Below, one piece after another: positions 40,669 to 49,681 of a stretch of 64,000 nt of DNA (position 1 is the first letter of the stretch; the number at the start of each line of letters is the position of its first letter). Position numbers and translations under genes: made by a program. The DNA is from Promethearchaeia archaeon (lineage in GTDB: Archaea; Asgardarchaeota; Lokiarchaeia; Sigyniarchaeales; SOKP01): positions 50,449 through 114,448 of the forward strand of contig JAHQWH010000193.1 of assembly GCA_029856105.1 (NCBI GenBank). The letters run 5' to 3'. The notes beneath the pieces are model-generated. The model saw only the letters and a program-made list of their open reading frames with translations, made no database searches and was not told the DNA's origin.

Positions 40669-40722
40669 CTCTTGCGAGAAAATATTAGTCGCAAGACGAC
40701 GAACCATTAGCTATGGTTTCGG
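40657..40722 (+). promoter_or_regulatory. Eukaryote-like SECIS element
   Basis: AUGAC (40665-40669), 8-bp stem UCUUGCGA/UCGCAAGA, loop GAAAAUAUUAG and 3' CGAC giving tandem GA/AG pairs. Basal CCGA/UCGG pairing with a side hairpin AACCAU/AUGGUU. Confidence 0.85.
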
Positions 40723-40904
40723 AAATTATTATTTCTATAATAATTTTTATTATTTATTCTAAATTAACGTAATTTGAAGTTTAAAACTATTAAACTTCTA
40801 CTTAGTAAGATAAAGTATAAAAACTCATCTTTCTAGATAAACTATAATTTCAATTTTGTTTGAAATTAAAAAAATAAATGTTAAAAACAAATAAGTGAAA
40901 AAAT

Positions 40905-41525
40905 ATGGGAGAAACTTCTAAAGTAGGAATCTCAGCATCTAAAGTTGTAGCTCTTATTGGTGCGTTAGTCGTTATTCAAGTATGTATAGGATATTTTGCA
41001 ACATTAGATGCATTGAATATATTATATGGCATAATAGGACTAATATTTGCGGCTGTAATCTTCATATCATTAGAAATCGTGGATTTAAAGAAAGTGAAAA
41101 TACCTTATTTATGGTGGGTATTGTTAATCATCGGGATTCTCTTAATATTATTTGAATTTGCTGTTGGACCCTCATATCTTGGAGGTATTTTAGTTTTAAT
41201 AGCAGCATTACTAGAATTTTTAAGTCAGAAGAAAACTTATGCGGAATCCAAAATTGTTGCTTTAATTGGAGCATGTTATCTAATATATGAATCCGTAATG
41301 CCACTTCTTTCTGTTTCACCTGCACCTACAAGTATAGCCCTTTCTATTGTTGGATTCGTTTTTGCAATAATATTAATTTTAACATTGCAAGATAAAATAG
41401 ATGTAAAAATACCTTATGCATGGTGGACAATTCTCATAATTGGCTTTGTAGTATTTACATGGGTGACGACAGTTAGCGGAACGGTCATAATGGTAGCCTT
41501 TATCCTTATCCTGATGGCTTTTTAA
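40905..41525 (+). CDS. Hypothetical membrane protein with internal duplication
   Basis: Two repeats: SKVVALIGA..VKIPYLWWVLLIIG and SKIVALIGA..VKIPYAWWTILIIG. Confidence 0.8.
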   Translation: MGETSKVGISASKVVALIGALVVIQVCIGYFATLDALNILYGIIGLIFAAVIFISLEIVDLKKVKIPYLWWVLLIIGILLILFEFAVGPSYLGGILVLIAALLEFLSQKKTYAESKIVALIGACYLIYESVMPLLSVSPAPTSIALSIVGFVFAIILILTLQDKIDVKIPYAWWTILIIGFVVFTWVTTVSGTVIMVAFILILMAF

Positions 41526-41658
41526 TCCAAAATTAAATCTATTATTTTTTTTATTTTTTTTAAGGTATTATTCTTTGTAAGATTGTAATAGAAAATTCAG
41601 ACTATTCACTTAATTTTTAATTTCACAATGAATTTATAATAATAATAGTGATTTTTTA

Positions 41659-42966
41659 ATGGGAAAGGATCAAAGATTAGTTGCCGAAAATCAATTTTTA
41701 AAAGCTGAGCAATTGTTTAAAGCTAGACAATTTAAAAAAGCAGGTAATAAATACCATGTAGCGGGAAATTCGTATCTTAAGTTAAATGAATTTGAAAAAT
41801 CAAAAGTCTGTTTCATTAAAGGTGCAAAATCGTTTATAATATTAGAGAAATTTGACACTAGTATAGAGTTATTAAGACAATCTGGAGAGGCTTGTCTATA
41901 TGATAGTAAGTTTGTAGAAGCTAACCAAATATATAAAGAAGTCATTAACTATATTCCTAAATTGAAAAGTCTCAGCGATAGGAACTCAAATTTCGTAATA
42001 TTTTCGGTATTATCGTATTTATGCTCGTTTGTTAAAGGTACTCCTGATGAGGGTTTAGATTTTATAAAAAGAACTAAAAAAAAAGTTGATAAAGAATTTT
42101 TTAAAGAACATTCTCTGATAAAGCTCGTTTCTGAACTAACAATAGCGCTAAGAGATAGCGATCCAAAATATCTCGAGAAAATTATAAATAATGTTGGGCG
42201 TTATAAATTTAGAGATGCTGAATTAAAATTGTTAAAGAAAGTACTACTTTTAACAAAATTTAAGCTTTTAATAAACGTTACCTTTAAATTAGATAAAGAA
42301 ACATACACGACTAAAGAAATTATAAATTTGAATTTGGGTTTTGATACTTCAAACCTCTTACAAATTTTAAAAGACTCTTTTTTACGTTATGAATTAGACG
42401 AGTTCAATATAACAAAAATATTGGTAAATCTCTCAGATAATTTGTCTATTAGTAAAAAACCAAAAGCTCCCTTCCAAATTGAAGTTGGAAAACAATCGAA
42501 CTTAGAGTTCACATTTAAACCACATTTTCAAGTCGATAATCCAAGAATAGGTCCTATGTTTTTAACGTGTGAGTTAAACAATAATTTGATATTTATTTAT
42601 GAAACTCAATCGATAGAACCACAACTAATTTCTCCTCCTACCACATTAAACACATCGATTAAGAATTTAAGACCTCCTCTTATTGGTCAAACTTTTCCCT
42701 TAGAGATTGTGGTTGAGAATAAAGGCGAAGGAGAAGCGTTAGATGTAAAAATTGATGTCGAATTTCCCGAAGATTTGAAAGTTATGAGGGGTACCACGAA
42801 TAAACAAATCTTTTCGTTGAAGTCGAATGAAGATTTAAAATGGGAAATTAGTCTTAAACCCATTGAAGCAGGAGATTACATAATTAAAATAGATATAAAA
42901 TTTATGGACTCTGATCGAAACAAAATAGAAGAAACAAAAGATTTTCCATTCTCTATAAAATTATAA
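41659..42966 (+). CDS. TPR/SNAP-like helical N-terminus plus C-terminal Ig-like domains
   Basis: Helical repeats KAEQLFKARQFKKAGNKYHVAGNSY; beta-rich tail GQTFPLEIVVENKGEGEALDV..LKPIEAGDY. Confidence 0.7.
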   Translation: MGKDQRLVAENQFLKAEQLFKARQFKKAGNKYHVAGNSYLKLNEFEKSKVCFIKGAKSFIILEKFDTSIELLRQSGEACLYDSKFVEANQIYKEVINYIPKLKSLSDRNSNFVIFSVLSYLCSFVKGTPDEGLDFIKRTKKKVDKEFFKEHSLIKLVSELTIALRDSDPKYLEKIINNVGRYKFRDAELKLLKKVLLLTKFKLLINVTFKLDKETYTTKEIINLNLGFDTSNLLQILKDSFLRYELDEFNITKILVNLSDNLSISKKPKAPFQIEVGKQSNLEFTFKPHFQVDNPRIGPMFLTCELNNNLIFIYETQSIEPQLISPPTTLNTSIKNLRPPLIGQTFPLEIVVENKGEGEALDVKIDVEFPEDLKVMRGTTNKQIFSLKSNEDLKWEISLKPIEAGDYIIKIDIKFMDSDRNKIEETKDFPFSIKL

Positions 42967-42980
42967 CGTTTTTCTTTCAA

Positions 42981-44120
42981 TTATATTTGAATTGGTTCTT
43001 TTGAGACAGAAGTAACTTGCTCGCATTCAGTTTTACCTATTATTATATCGTCTTCTAATCTTATTCCCCACTTACCTAACCAATATAAACCTGGTTCGTT
43101 AGTGTATACCATATTTTCTTTAAGTTTATATTTGTCAGGCATTTTCCAACTTATTCTTCCCCCAACATCATGCGCTTCAAAACCTAACGAATGCCCTAAT
43201 CCATGGAAAAATAGTTTCTCATGATCGTACCCCTCTTCTGATAAATGTTCGCGACATTTTTTAGCGGGCATATTGTTTGGGGTACCATCAGTAAAGTATT
43301 TATTTGCCACTTGTTTCGATTCATAAAGAGCGTGATACGCGTGAATAAACTCTTCCGTAGGATGTTTACCAACCCAAAAACTCCTAGTAATATCAGAGCA
43401 CATCTCATTAATTTGTAGTCCAGTATCTATTAATAAAACTCCTTGTTCAATTTTTTTCATGGATGTGTTGTGGTGAGGATCGGCCGAATGAGCTCCAGTT
43501 GCAACAATCGCTCCAAATGATGGTTTTCCTAGCTTCATATATTCGTATTCTATTTTTGCTTTGATTTCTTTTTCCGTCATACCAACTTTAACCCAATCCG
43601 GTATCGTATCTAAGATTTCTATAGTTGCTTTACACACGTTCCGTAAGTCATTTAATTCCTCTGAAGATTTAACGCTCCTTAAATTATATATTATTGGTGC
43701 TGCTGAAATAAACTCCGTTTGAGGAGCCAACTTTTTCAAAGAAAAATAATCTCCAGCACGAATATAATCAGCATATGCCGTACTTTCCGCGCTTAAAATA
43801 TTTTCCCCAAAATTAAGAGCTATCCGCGGCTTATTAATTATTGAACTTAACGATGAAACTAAATCCTTTATAGTTCTATAGCTTATTACATCCGCATCAA
43901 TTCCTTTGCTTTTTAAAGAATGTTCGATCATAGGTGCTTCCATTTCGACGGCAAGGACCTTATGTTTCCCATCCTTTGCCACATAGATGTAGTGTCGGGC
44001 GTGAGATTCAACACCTATTAGAAATCGAGAATTAACATCGCTGTCTTCGTTACAAACAATTAACCAACCATCGCTCTTCAGTTCTTGGAGTACTTTTTGA
44101 GCTTTTTCGAACTTATTCAT
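42981..44120 (-). CDS. Xaa-Pro aminopeptidase (M24)
   Basis: PHH, IDTG, CSDITR, HGLGHSLG..HD, NEPGLY and GIRLEDD. Confidence 0.92.
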   Translation of the reverse strand: MNKFEKAQKVLQELKSDGWLIVCNEDSDVNSRFLIGVESHARHYIYVAKDGKHKVLAVEMEAPMIEHSLKSKGIDADVISYRTIKDLVSSLSSIINKPRIALNFGENILSAESTAYADYIRAGDYFSLKKLAPQTEFISAAPIIYNLRSVKSSEELNDLRNVCKATIEILDTIPDWVKVGMTEKEIKAKIEYEYMKLGKPSFGAIVATGAHSADPHHNTSMKKIEQGVLLIDTGLQINEMCSDITRSFWVGKHPTEEFIHAYHALYESKQVANKYFTDGTPNNMPAKKCREHLSEEGYDHEKLFFHGLGHSLGFEAHDVGGRISWKMPDKYKLKENMVYTNEPGLYWLGKWGIRLEDDIIIGKTECEQVTSVSKEPIQI

Positions 44121-44269
44121 ATATCAAATCATTTAATGGTTTTTAATTAATTTTATTAAAATGAATAAATAAAATAATCGAAAAAACCTAATACAATTGT
44201 AAAAATTTCAATTAAATTTATTTAATCAAGCTCTCTAATTAATAATTAATTACACAAAATTTTGATTTT

Positions 44270-45808
44270 ATGAAGTTAAAAGTAAAAGAAATTAATTTCG
44301 AAACTGGGAATATTAAAGATGTTGTTCTTAATATTAAAGACGCACAAGAATTAGGACAGAAAGCTGGCGAACGTATTGTCGTAAAAAATCCTCAATCAAA
44401 GTCTCTTGAAGATAAATATTGGGTAGCAATACTACAAATTGATTATTCTAATTCTTTGGTTCGTCCCGGAGAGATTGGAATATTTTTAGATATCCTTAAA
44501 GAGAAAAATAATTTAATTGACAATATGATTGTATCCGTTAAACCGGCAGATCCACCTGATTCTTTTAAATATATTCAGAGAAAAATAAGAGGAGCTAAAC
44601 TAACAACTGAAGAAATCAATAGTATAATTAGCGATACAGTCTCTGGTTCATTATCAAGAATCGATTTAGCAGCATTTATAACGGCGGTGTCTATAAATGG
44701 CATGGATAACGAAGAGATGACAGCATTGACTTATGCTGAAGCAAGAAGTGGAGAGCTATTCGACTTCGGACCGGAAGTTTATGACAAACATTCGACTGGT
44801 GGTGTGCCAGGAAATAAGGTTACGCTTATCATTGTTCCAATTGTCGCAGCTGCCGGGCTAACAATTCCAAAATCATCAACAAGAGCTATAACATCTCCCT
44901 CTGGAACTGCTGATTCTATGGAAGTTCTGGCTCCTATTGCTTTTGACGCTGAAAAATTAAAAAGCATCGTATCGAAAGAAAAAGCGTGCATTATATGGGG
45001 TGGAGCTCTAAATACCTCGCCTGCAGATAATATATTGATCGAAATTGAACGTCCATTACACATGGATCCAGTAGGACTTATGATTCCATCTATACTCACT
45101 AAAAAAATTTCTCTTGGAGTTAAAAAACTCGTATTAGATATACCCGTTGGCGAAGGAACAAAGTTTCCTACTCCAGATAATGGGAAACAGTTTGCTTATT
45201 TATTTAAAGAAATTGCAAAAAATGTGGGGATTGAAACGGAGTGTGCCCTAACTCTTGCCCATCAACCAATTGGCCACGCAATTGGTCCAGGATTAGAAGC
45301 TAAAGAAGCGTTAACTTTGCTTATGGATTATTCTGCAGGTCCGAATTCTTTGATTGAGAAATCAACTGATTTAGCGGGTATATTACTTGAAATGGGTGGA
45401 AAGGCTCAGAAGGGGAAGGGACAAAGCTTAGCCAAAGAGATATTGCGTTCTGGTAAAGCTTATGAAAAAATGAAAAGAATAATCGAAGTTCAAGGAGGAA
45501 ATCCAGAACTAAAACCCAAAGATATAAAAATAGGCCCTCATTCTAAAGATTTTTTTGCTATTAAAGCAGGACATATAACTGGAGTAAATAACGCAATTAT
45601 TAACAGTATAGCTAAATCTACTGGTTGCCCCCATTCAAAAAACTCCGGTGTTGAGATTTTTAAAAAACAAGGAGCAAGAATAAAGGAAGGAGATTTAATT
45701 TTTAGAATTCATTCTGATAGTCAAAACAAATTAAAAAAAGCCGAGAAAATATATAATTCGACTGGTGGACCCATCATTTTGGGAGGTATGATGATTGAAA
45801 GGATATAA
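44270..45808 (+). CDS. deoA: AMP phosphorylase (archaeal thymidine phosphorylase family)
   Basis: N-terminal double-psi-barrel-like extension, DKHSTGGVPGNK, PKSSTRAITSPSGTAD and DIPVGEGTK. Confidence 0.92.
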   Translation: MKLKVKEINFETGNIKDVVLNIKDAQELGQKAGERIVVKNPQSKSLEDKYWVAILQIDYSNSLVRPGEIGIFLDILKEKNNLIDNMIVSVKPADPPDSFKYIQRKIRGAKLTTEEINSIISDTVSGSLSRIDLAAFITAVSINGMDNEEMTALTYAEARSGELFDFGPEVYDKHSTGGVPGNKVTLIIVPIVAAAGLTIPKSSTRAITSPSGTADSMEVLAPIAFDAEKLKSIVSKEKACIIWGGALNTSPADNILIEIERPLHMDPVGLMIPSILTKKISLGVKKLVLDIPVGEGTKFPTPDNGKQFAYLFKEIAKNVGIETECALTLAHQPIGHAIGPGLEAKEALTLLMDYSAGPNSLIEKSTDLAGILLEMGGKAQKGKGQSLAKEILRSGKAYEKMKRIIEVQGGNPELKPKDIKIGPHSKDFFAIKAGHITGVNNAIINSIAKSTGCPHSKNSGVEIFKKQGARIKEGDLIFRIHSDSQNKLKKAEKIYNSTGGPIILGGMMIERI

Positions 45809-45927
45809 TTTTTATCATCATACTTGAAAAGCTATATATACTAAAAACTCAAATTATTACACATTAAGTATAGTGAATCTAATAAAATTTATAAGTTAGT
45901 AAAAGTACGTTAAAGATTTGATTTATT

Positions 45928-46173
45928 TTGGTAAAATCTAAATTAATTGAGATAATTATACACGAGGAAAGATGTACAGGATGTAGAATCTGTCAACTAA
46001 TCTGCTCTTCCATATATAAGAATAAATATTCTCCTACTGAAGCTTTTATTCAAATTGTTGATGTCTACGAACTGATCCCAAAAATCTCGTTCTTGGATGG
46101 ATGTACTCACTGCGGGCAATGTGCAAATTATTGTCTGTATGGAGCTTTAGAACTCAAGGAGGGTGAGGAATAA
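45928..46173 (+). CDS. 2x[4Fe-4S] ferredoxin-like partner of the AOR-family enzyme
   Basis: CTGCRICQLIC and CTHCGQCANYC; overlaps the downstream gene. Confidence 0.88.
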   Translation: MVKSKLIEIIIHEERCTGCRICQLICSSIYKNKYSPTEAFIQIVDVYELIPKISFLDGCTHCGQCANYCLYGALELKEGEE

Positions 46174-48074
46174 CGGATTGGTTTGGTTACACTGGAAATA
46201 TACTTGACATTGATTTAACGGAAAATAAAGTGTCAGTTATTAAAGAAGATATCAGAGACCTTAAAAGGTTCATTGGCGGATTTGGAATGAATTGTAAACT
46301 TTTTGTTGATCGATTCAAACCGTTAACGGATCCATTTTCATCAAAAAATTTAATAATATTTGGAACTGGGTCTTTAGTAGGAACAATTGTACCAGGTTCT
46401 TCTCGAACCGTTGCAATTTCAAAATTTCCGGCTACCGGAGCCGTTGCTAATTCTTGCGGAAGTATGAGTTTTGGGTTTAACTTGAAGCAAGCGGGATTTG
46501 ATCATATAATTGTAACTGGGAAATCAGAAAAACCAGTATATTTACATATATCTGACGATCATGTTGAATTACGTAAAGCTGAAGTAATATGGGGTAAAGA
46601 TATTGTTGAAACAACTAATTATTTAAAGAGGAAACATGGTTCAAGTGGCGTAATTGCTATTGGACAAGCGGGAGAAAATCTTGTTAAATCTTCAATGACG
46701 CTAATAGATAAAACCTCAACTTTAGGGCGTGGTGGACTTGCTGCAATTATGGGGTCGAAAAACCTTAAAGCCATTTTGACTCAAGGGACAAAAGGGATTC
46801 CAATAGCAGAACCAAAAAAATTTAATAAGCTGTATAATAGTCTTATTGAGCGCATTCGTAAATATCCTCATAGAGATTCTTGGATTGAATTGGGCATGTT
46901 AAGAAGTTTGCCAGTTGGCATGCTCTTAACCGCAAAAGGTCAAAAGAAAAAGGCTCGTCAATGTAGCGATAGGATGTACCTAAAAAAAATGAAAAAAAGA
47001 CGTATTGCTTGTCCATCTTGCCCTATGGCCGATAAAGATATCCTTGAAATGCGTGAAGGAGAATTTAGCGGTTTGATTAATTACACATCCTCAATAATTA
47101 ACCCCTTACTGTTATTTACCGTTGATGGGTTAGACACATACGACCAAGCGATAAAAGTTTTTGATTTAATTAGTAGATATGGGTTGGACTCATTAACTAT
47201 GACCGCGTTATTCGAATTTATAAGTAAAATGAATGAACGAGATATTCTCACCAATGAAGTACTAGGTTTCGAGTGGAAGCGGGATTATAAGACTTTTCAT
47301 CACCTAATTGAGATAACAGCAAAAAGAGAAGGATTTGGAGATTTATTAGCAGAGGGGTGGAAAAAATTGGCTGAGGAAAATAAAATGTTTCCAAACGAAA
47401 TGCTTACGGTGAAAGACTTAGATGTTATATTCGAACCTAGGTTTTTGCGCTTAGGAACAATGGAATTTGAACAAGTAGTAAATCCTAAAGGCGCTCATGT
47501 AGCTTCGGGTGGATCGCCAACTTATGTTGGCGCTGGAGGGTCTCTGGATAAAATGAAAAGCCATTTTAACAGGATGGGTATTCCCGAAACCGCTTTCTCT
47601 AGAATTTTTAATCCCCCCAAAAAAGAAATGGGCGTAAATGTTGGACGACTAACGAGATACTCTGAAGACTGGTACACTGTTCTAACATCTCTAGGATTGT
47701 GTGCTAGAGCTCAAATGAATAGATTTTTTAGTTTAGAATTAGTTACCGATTTATACAATTTAATTACTGGATTCAATTTGCATCAAGAAGAATTAAGACT
47801 ATCGGCTGAACGTTCTTGGAATTTATTAAAGTTAATGAATTTAAAGGAAGGTTTTTCTCGAAAGGACGATAAATTCCCTAGCGGATGGTTTAAACCATTA
47901 AAAATTGGAGAAAATGTGCTTAAATTGCAAGACTTTTATGGAGAAGTAATTATTACTCAAAATATTGCCAATCAATTATTGGACGATTATTACGACGAAC
48001 GAGGTTGGGATAAACAAAGTAGTTACCCCACAACAAGTAAAATTAAAGCGTTAGCTTTAGAGAAATATTTTTAG
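46170..48074 (+). CDS. Atypical aldehyde:ferredoxin oxidoreductase-family protein; start extended to ATA at 46170
   Basis: Upstream in-frame (I)TDWFGYTGNILDIDLT is the conserved AOR N-terminus. Other motifs: GRGGLAAIMGSKNLKA, GLDS and YYDERGWD. Confidence 0.88.
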   Translation: MTDWFGYTGNILDIDLTENKVSVIKEDIRDLKRFIGGFGMNCKLFVDRFKPLTDPFSSKNLIIFGTGSLVGTIVPGSSRTVAISKFPATGAVANSCGSMSFGFNLKQAGFDHIIVTGKSEKPVYLHISDDHVELRKAEVIWGKDIVETTNYLKRKHGSSGVIAIGQAGENLVKSSMTLIDKTSTLGRGGLAAIMGSKNLKAILTQGTKGIPIAEPKKFNKLYNSLIERIRKYPHRDSWIELGMLRSLPVGMLLTAKGQKKKARQCSDRMYLKKMKKRRIACPSCPMADKDILEMREGEFSGLINYTSSIINPLLLFTVDGLDTYDQAIKVFDLISRYGLDSLTMTALFEFISKMNERDILTNEVLGFEWKRDYKTFHHLIEITAKREGFGDLLAEGWKKLAEENKMFPNEMLTVKDLDVIFEPRFLRLGTMEFEQVVNPKGAHVASGGSPTYVGAGGSLDKMKSHFNRMGIPETAFSRIFNPPKKEMGVNVGRLTRYSEDWYTVLTSLGLCARAQMNRFFSLELVTDLYNLITGFNLHQEELRLSAERSWNLLKLMNLKEGFSRKDDKFPSGWFKPLKIGENVLKLQDFYGEVIITQNIANQLLDDYYDERGWDKQSSYPTTSKIKALALEKYF

Positions 48075-48168
48075 AATTATAATAATTCTTATTTTTTAAA
48101 AAATGAAATTAGAAATTTAATGTATAAAAATAAAAAATTTAAATAATTAAACCAAATTTCGAGAATTA

Positions 48169-49668
48169 ATGGAATTATCTCCAAAATTAATTTATAAAAA
48201 TTACAAGAACAAGAAGTTAAATAAAATTTCAGCGATAAATCAATTAATATCGATTATTGATAATAGCGATAATTTAGATACAAGAATTGAAAGCATTGAT
48301 ACCCTATCTCAGATTGATGCTAAGTCTAATGATGTTTTCAAACTATTAGAAAATTTACTCATTTCAGATTCTCATGAATTTATAAGATTTAGTTCAATTA
48401 GAGTCATAGAAAAGTTATTTTTGGATAATGCTCTTGAGCCAATGAGATGGGCTTTGAAACATGAAGAATCCTTAAAATGTTTGTTAGCAATCTCAAAGAT
48501 ACTAGGAAAAATTAATACTCCTCAATCAAAATCCTTGTTAATTAATAAAATAAAAAAAATAAAAAACGAGAAAATAATTGAAAATTTAAATCTTTTATTC
48601 AAAAAAAGAGATATTGAAAGTTTCTCGAGTTTTGAACTTTCAGGAATTATCGAGAATTATTTTATTATAGCCGATCTGGAAAAAAGATTTGGTCAAATTA
48701 ATTTTAAAGTAAAAGAGGGACTAATTTTTGAATTAGATTTATCTGATGTTAGTAGTCACGTTTTTGGATGGACAATTTTGAACAAATTTCCAGATTTTAT
48801 TGAATTTTTAACATCATTAGAAATTCTAGATTTAAAATTTAATAGACTTACTGTGATACCCAAATCTATTGGTTACTTATCCTTAATGATTCATTTAGAT
48901 ATGAGTTATAACAAAATTAAATCAATTCCTCATTCTATCGGTTTATTAACGGCTTTAAAAGAGTTAAACTTGAGATACAATAAACTTAAAAGTTTACCCC
49001 TTTCTATTGGCTCGTTAAAATCGTTAAAATATCTAGATCTAAGAGCTAATGAATTAGCTTCTTTACCAAAAACAATAAAAAATATATCCACTTTAGAAGT
49101 CTTAGATTTGCACGGAAACAACCTAACCAAATTCAAGGGTTCTTTCAAGGGAATGACTTCTCTTAAGCAATTAGATTTGGGATTAAACAATATAGAAAGA
49201 CTTCCTAAATGGGTGAAGCCTCTTAAATTTCTTAAAAAATTGGGTTTGGGAGGAAATAAATTGACATCACTTCCTTCTTGGCTTGGGTCGCTGCAATCAT
49301 TAGAAATATTACAATTATTTGATAATAAGTTGATTGAACTTCCTGAGTCAATTGGTAAAATTACTAAGCTTAAAGAATTAACTCTATGGAATAATAATTT
49401 AACTTCTTTACCTAAGTCGTTTAGCTCGTTAATTAATTTAAAAAATTTAAATTTAAATTGGAATTGTTTTGAAAATTTACCCGATTGTTTAGGGTCTCTT
49501 AAATCTCTTGAGATATTGAGTTTATGGGGGAATGAATTGAAAAAACTTCCAAAATCTCTTGATAATCTTAAATCATTGAAAATTCTAGATTTAAACTTTA
49601 ATAATATTGAAGAAATACCCGATTTTTTGGGTAAATTAGAAAAAAAAGGATTAATAATTTATAAGTAG
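48169..49668 (+). CDS. HEAT-like N-terminus plus leucine-rich repeat protein
   Basis: More than 10 LxxLxLxxNxLxxLPxxI repeats; N-terminal ENLLISDS..WALKHEES. Confidence 0.92.
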   Translation: MELSPKLIYKNYKNKKLNKISAINQLISIIDNSDNLDTRIESIDTLSQIDAKSNDVFKLLENLLISDSHEFIRFSSIRVIEKLFLDNALEPMRWALKHEESLKCLLAISKILGKINTPQSKSLLINKIKKIKNEKIIENLNLLFKKRDIESFSSFELSGIIENYFIIADLEKRFGQINFKVKEGLIFELDLSDVSSHVFGWTILNKFPDFIEFLTSLEILDLKFNRLTVIPKSIGYLSLMIHLDMSYNKIKSIPHSIGLLTALKELNLRYNKLKSLPLSIGSLKSLKYLDLRANELASLPKTIKNISTLEVLDLHGNNLTKFKGSFKGMTSLKQLDLGLNNIERLPKWVKPLKFLKKLGLGGNKLTSLPSWLGSLQSLEILQLFDNKLIELPESIGKITKLKELTLWNNNLTSLPKSFSSLINLKNLNLNWNCFENLPDCLGSLKSLEILSLWGNELKKLPKSLDNLKSLKILDLNFNNIEEIPDFLGKLEKKGLIIYK

Positions 49669-49681
49669 TTGAGGGATTTAC

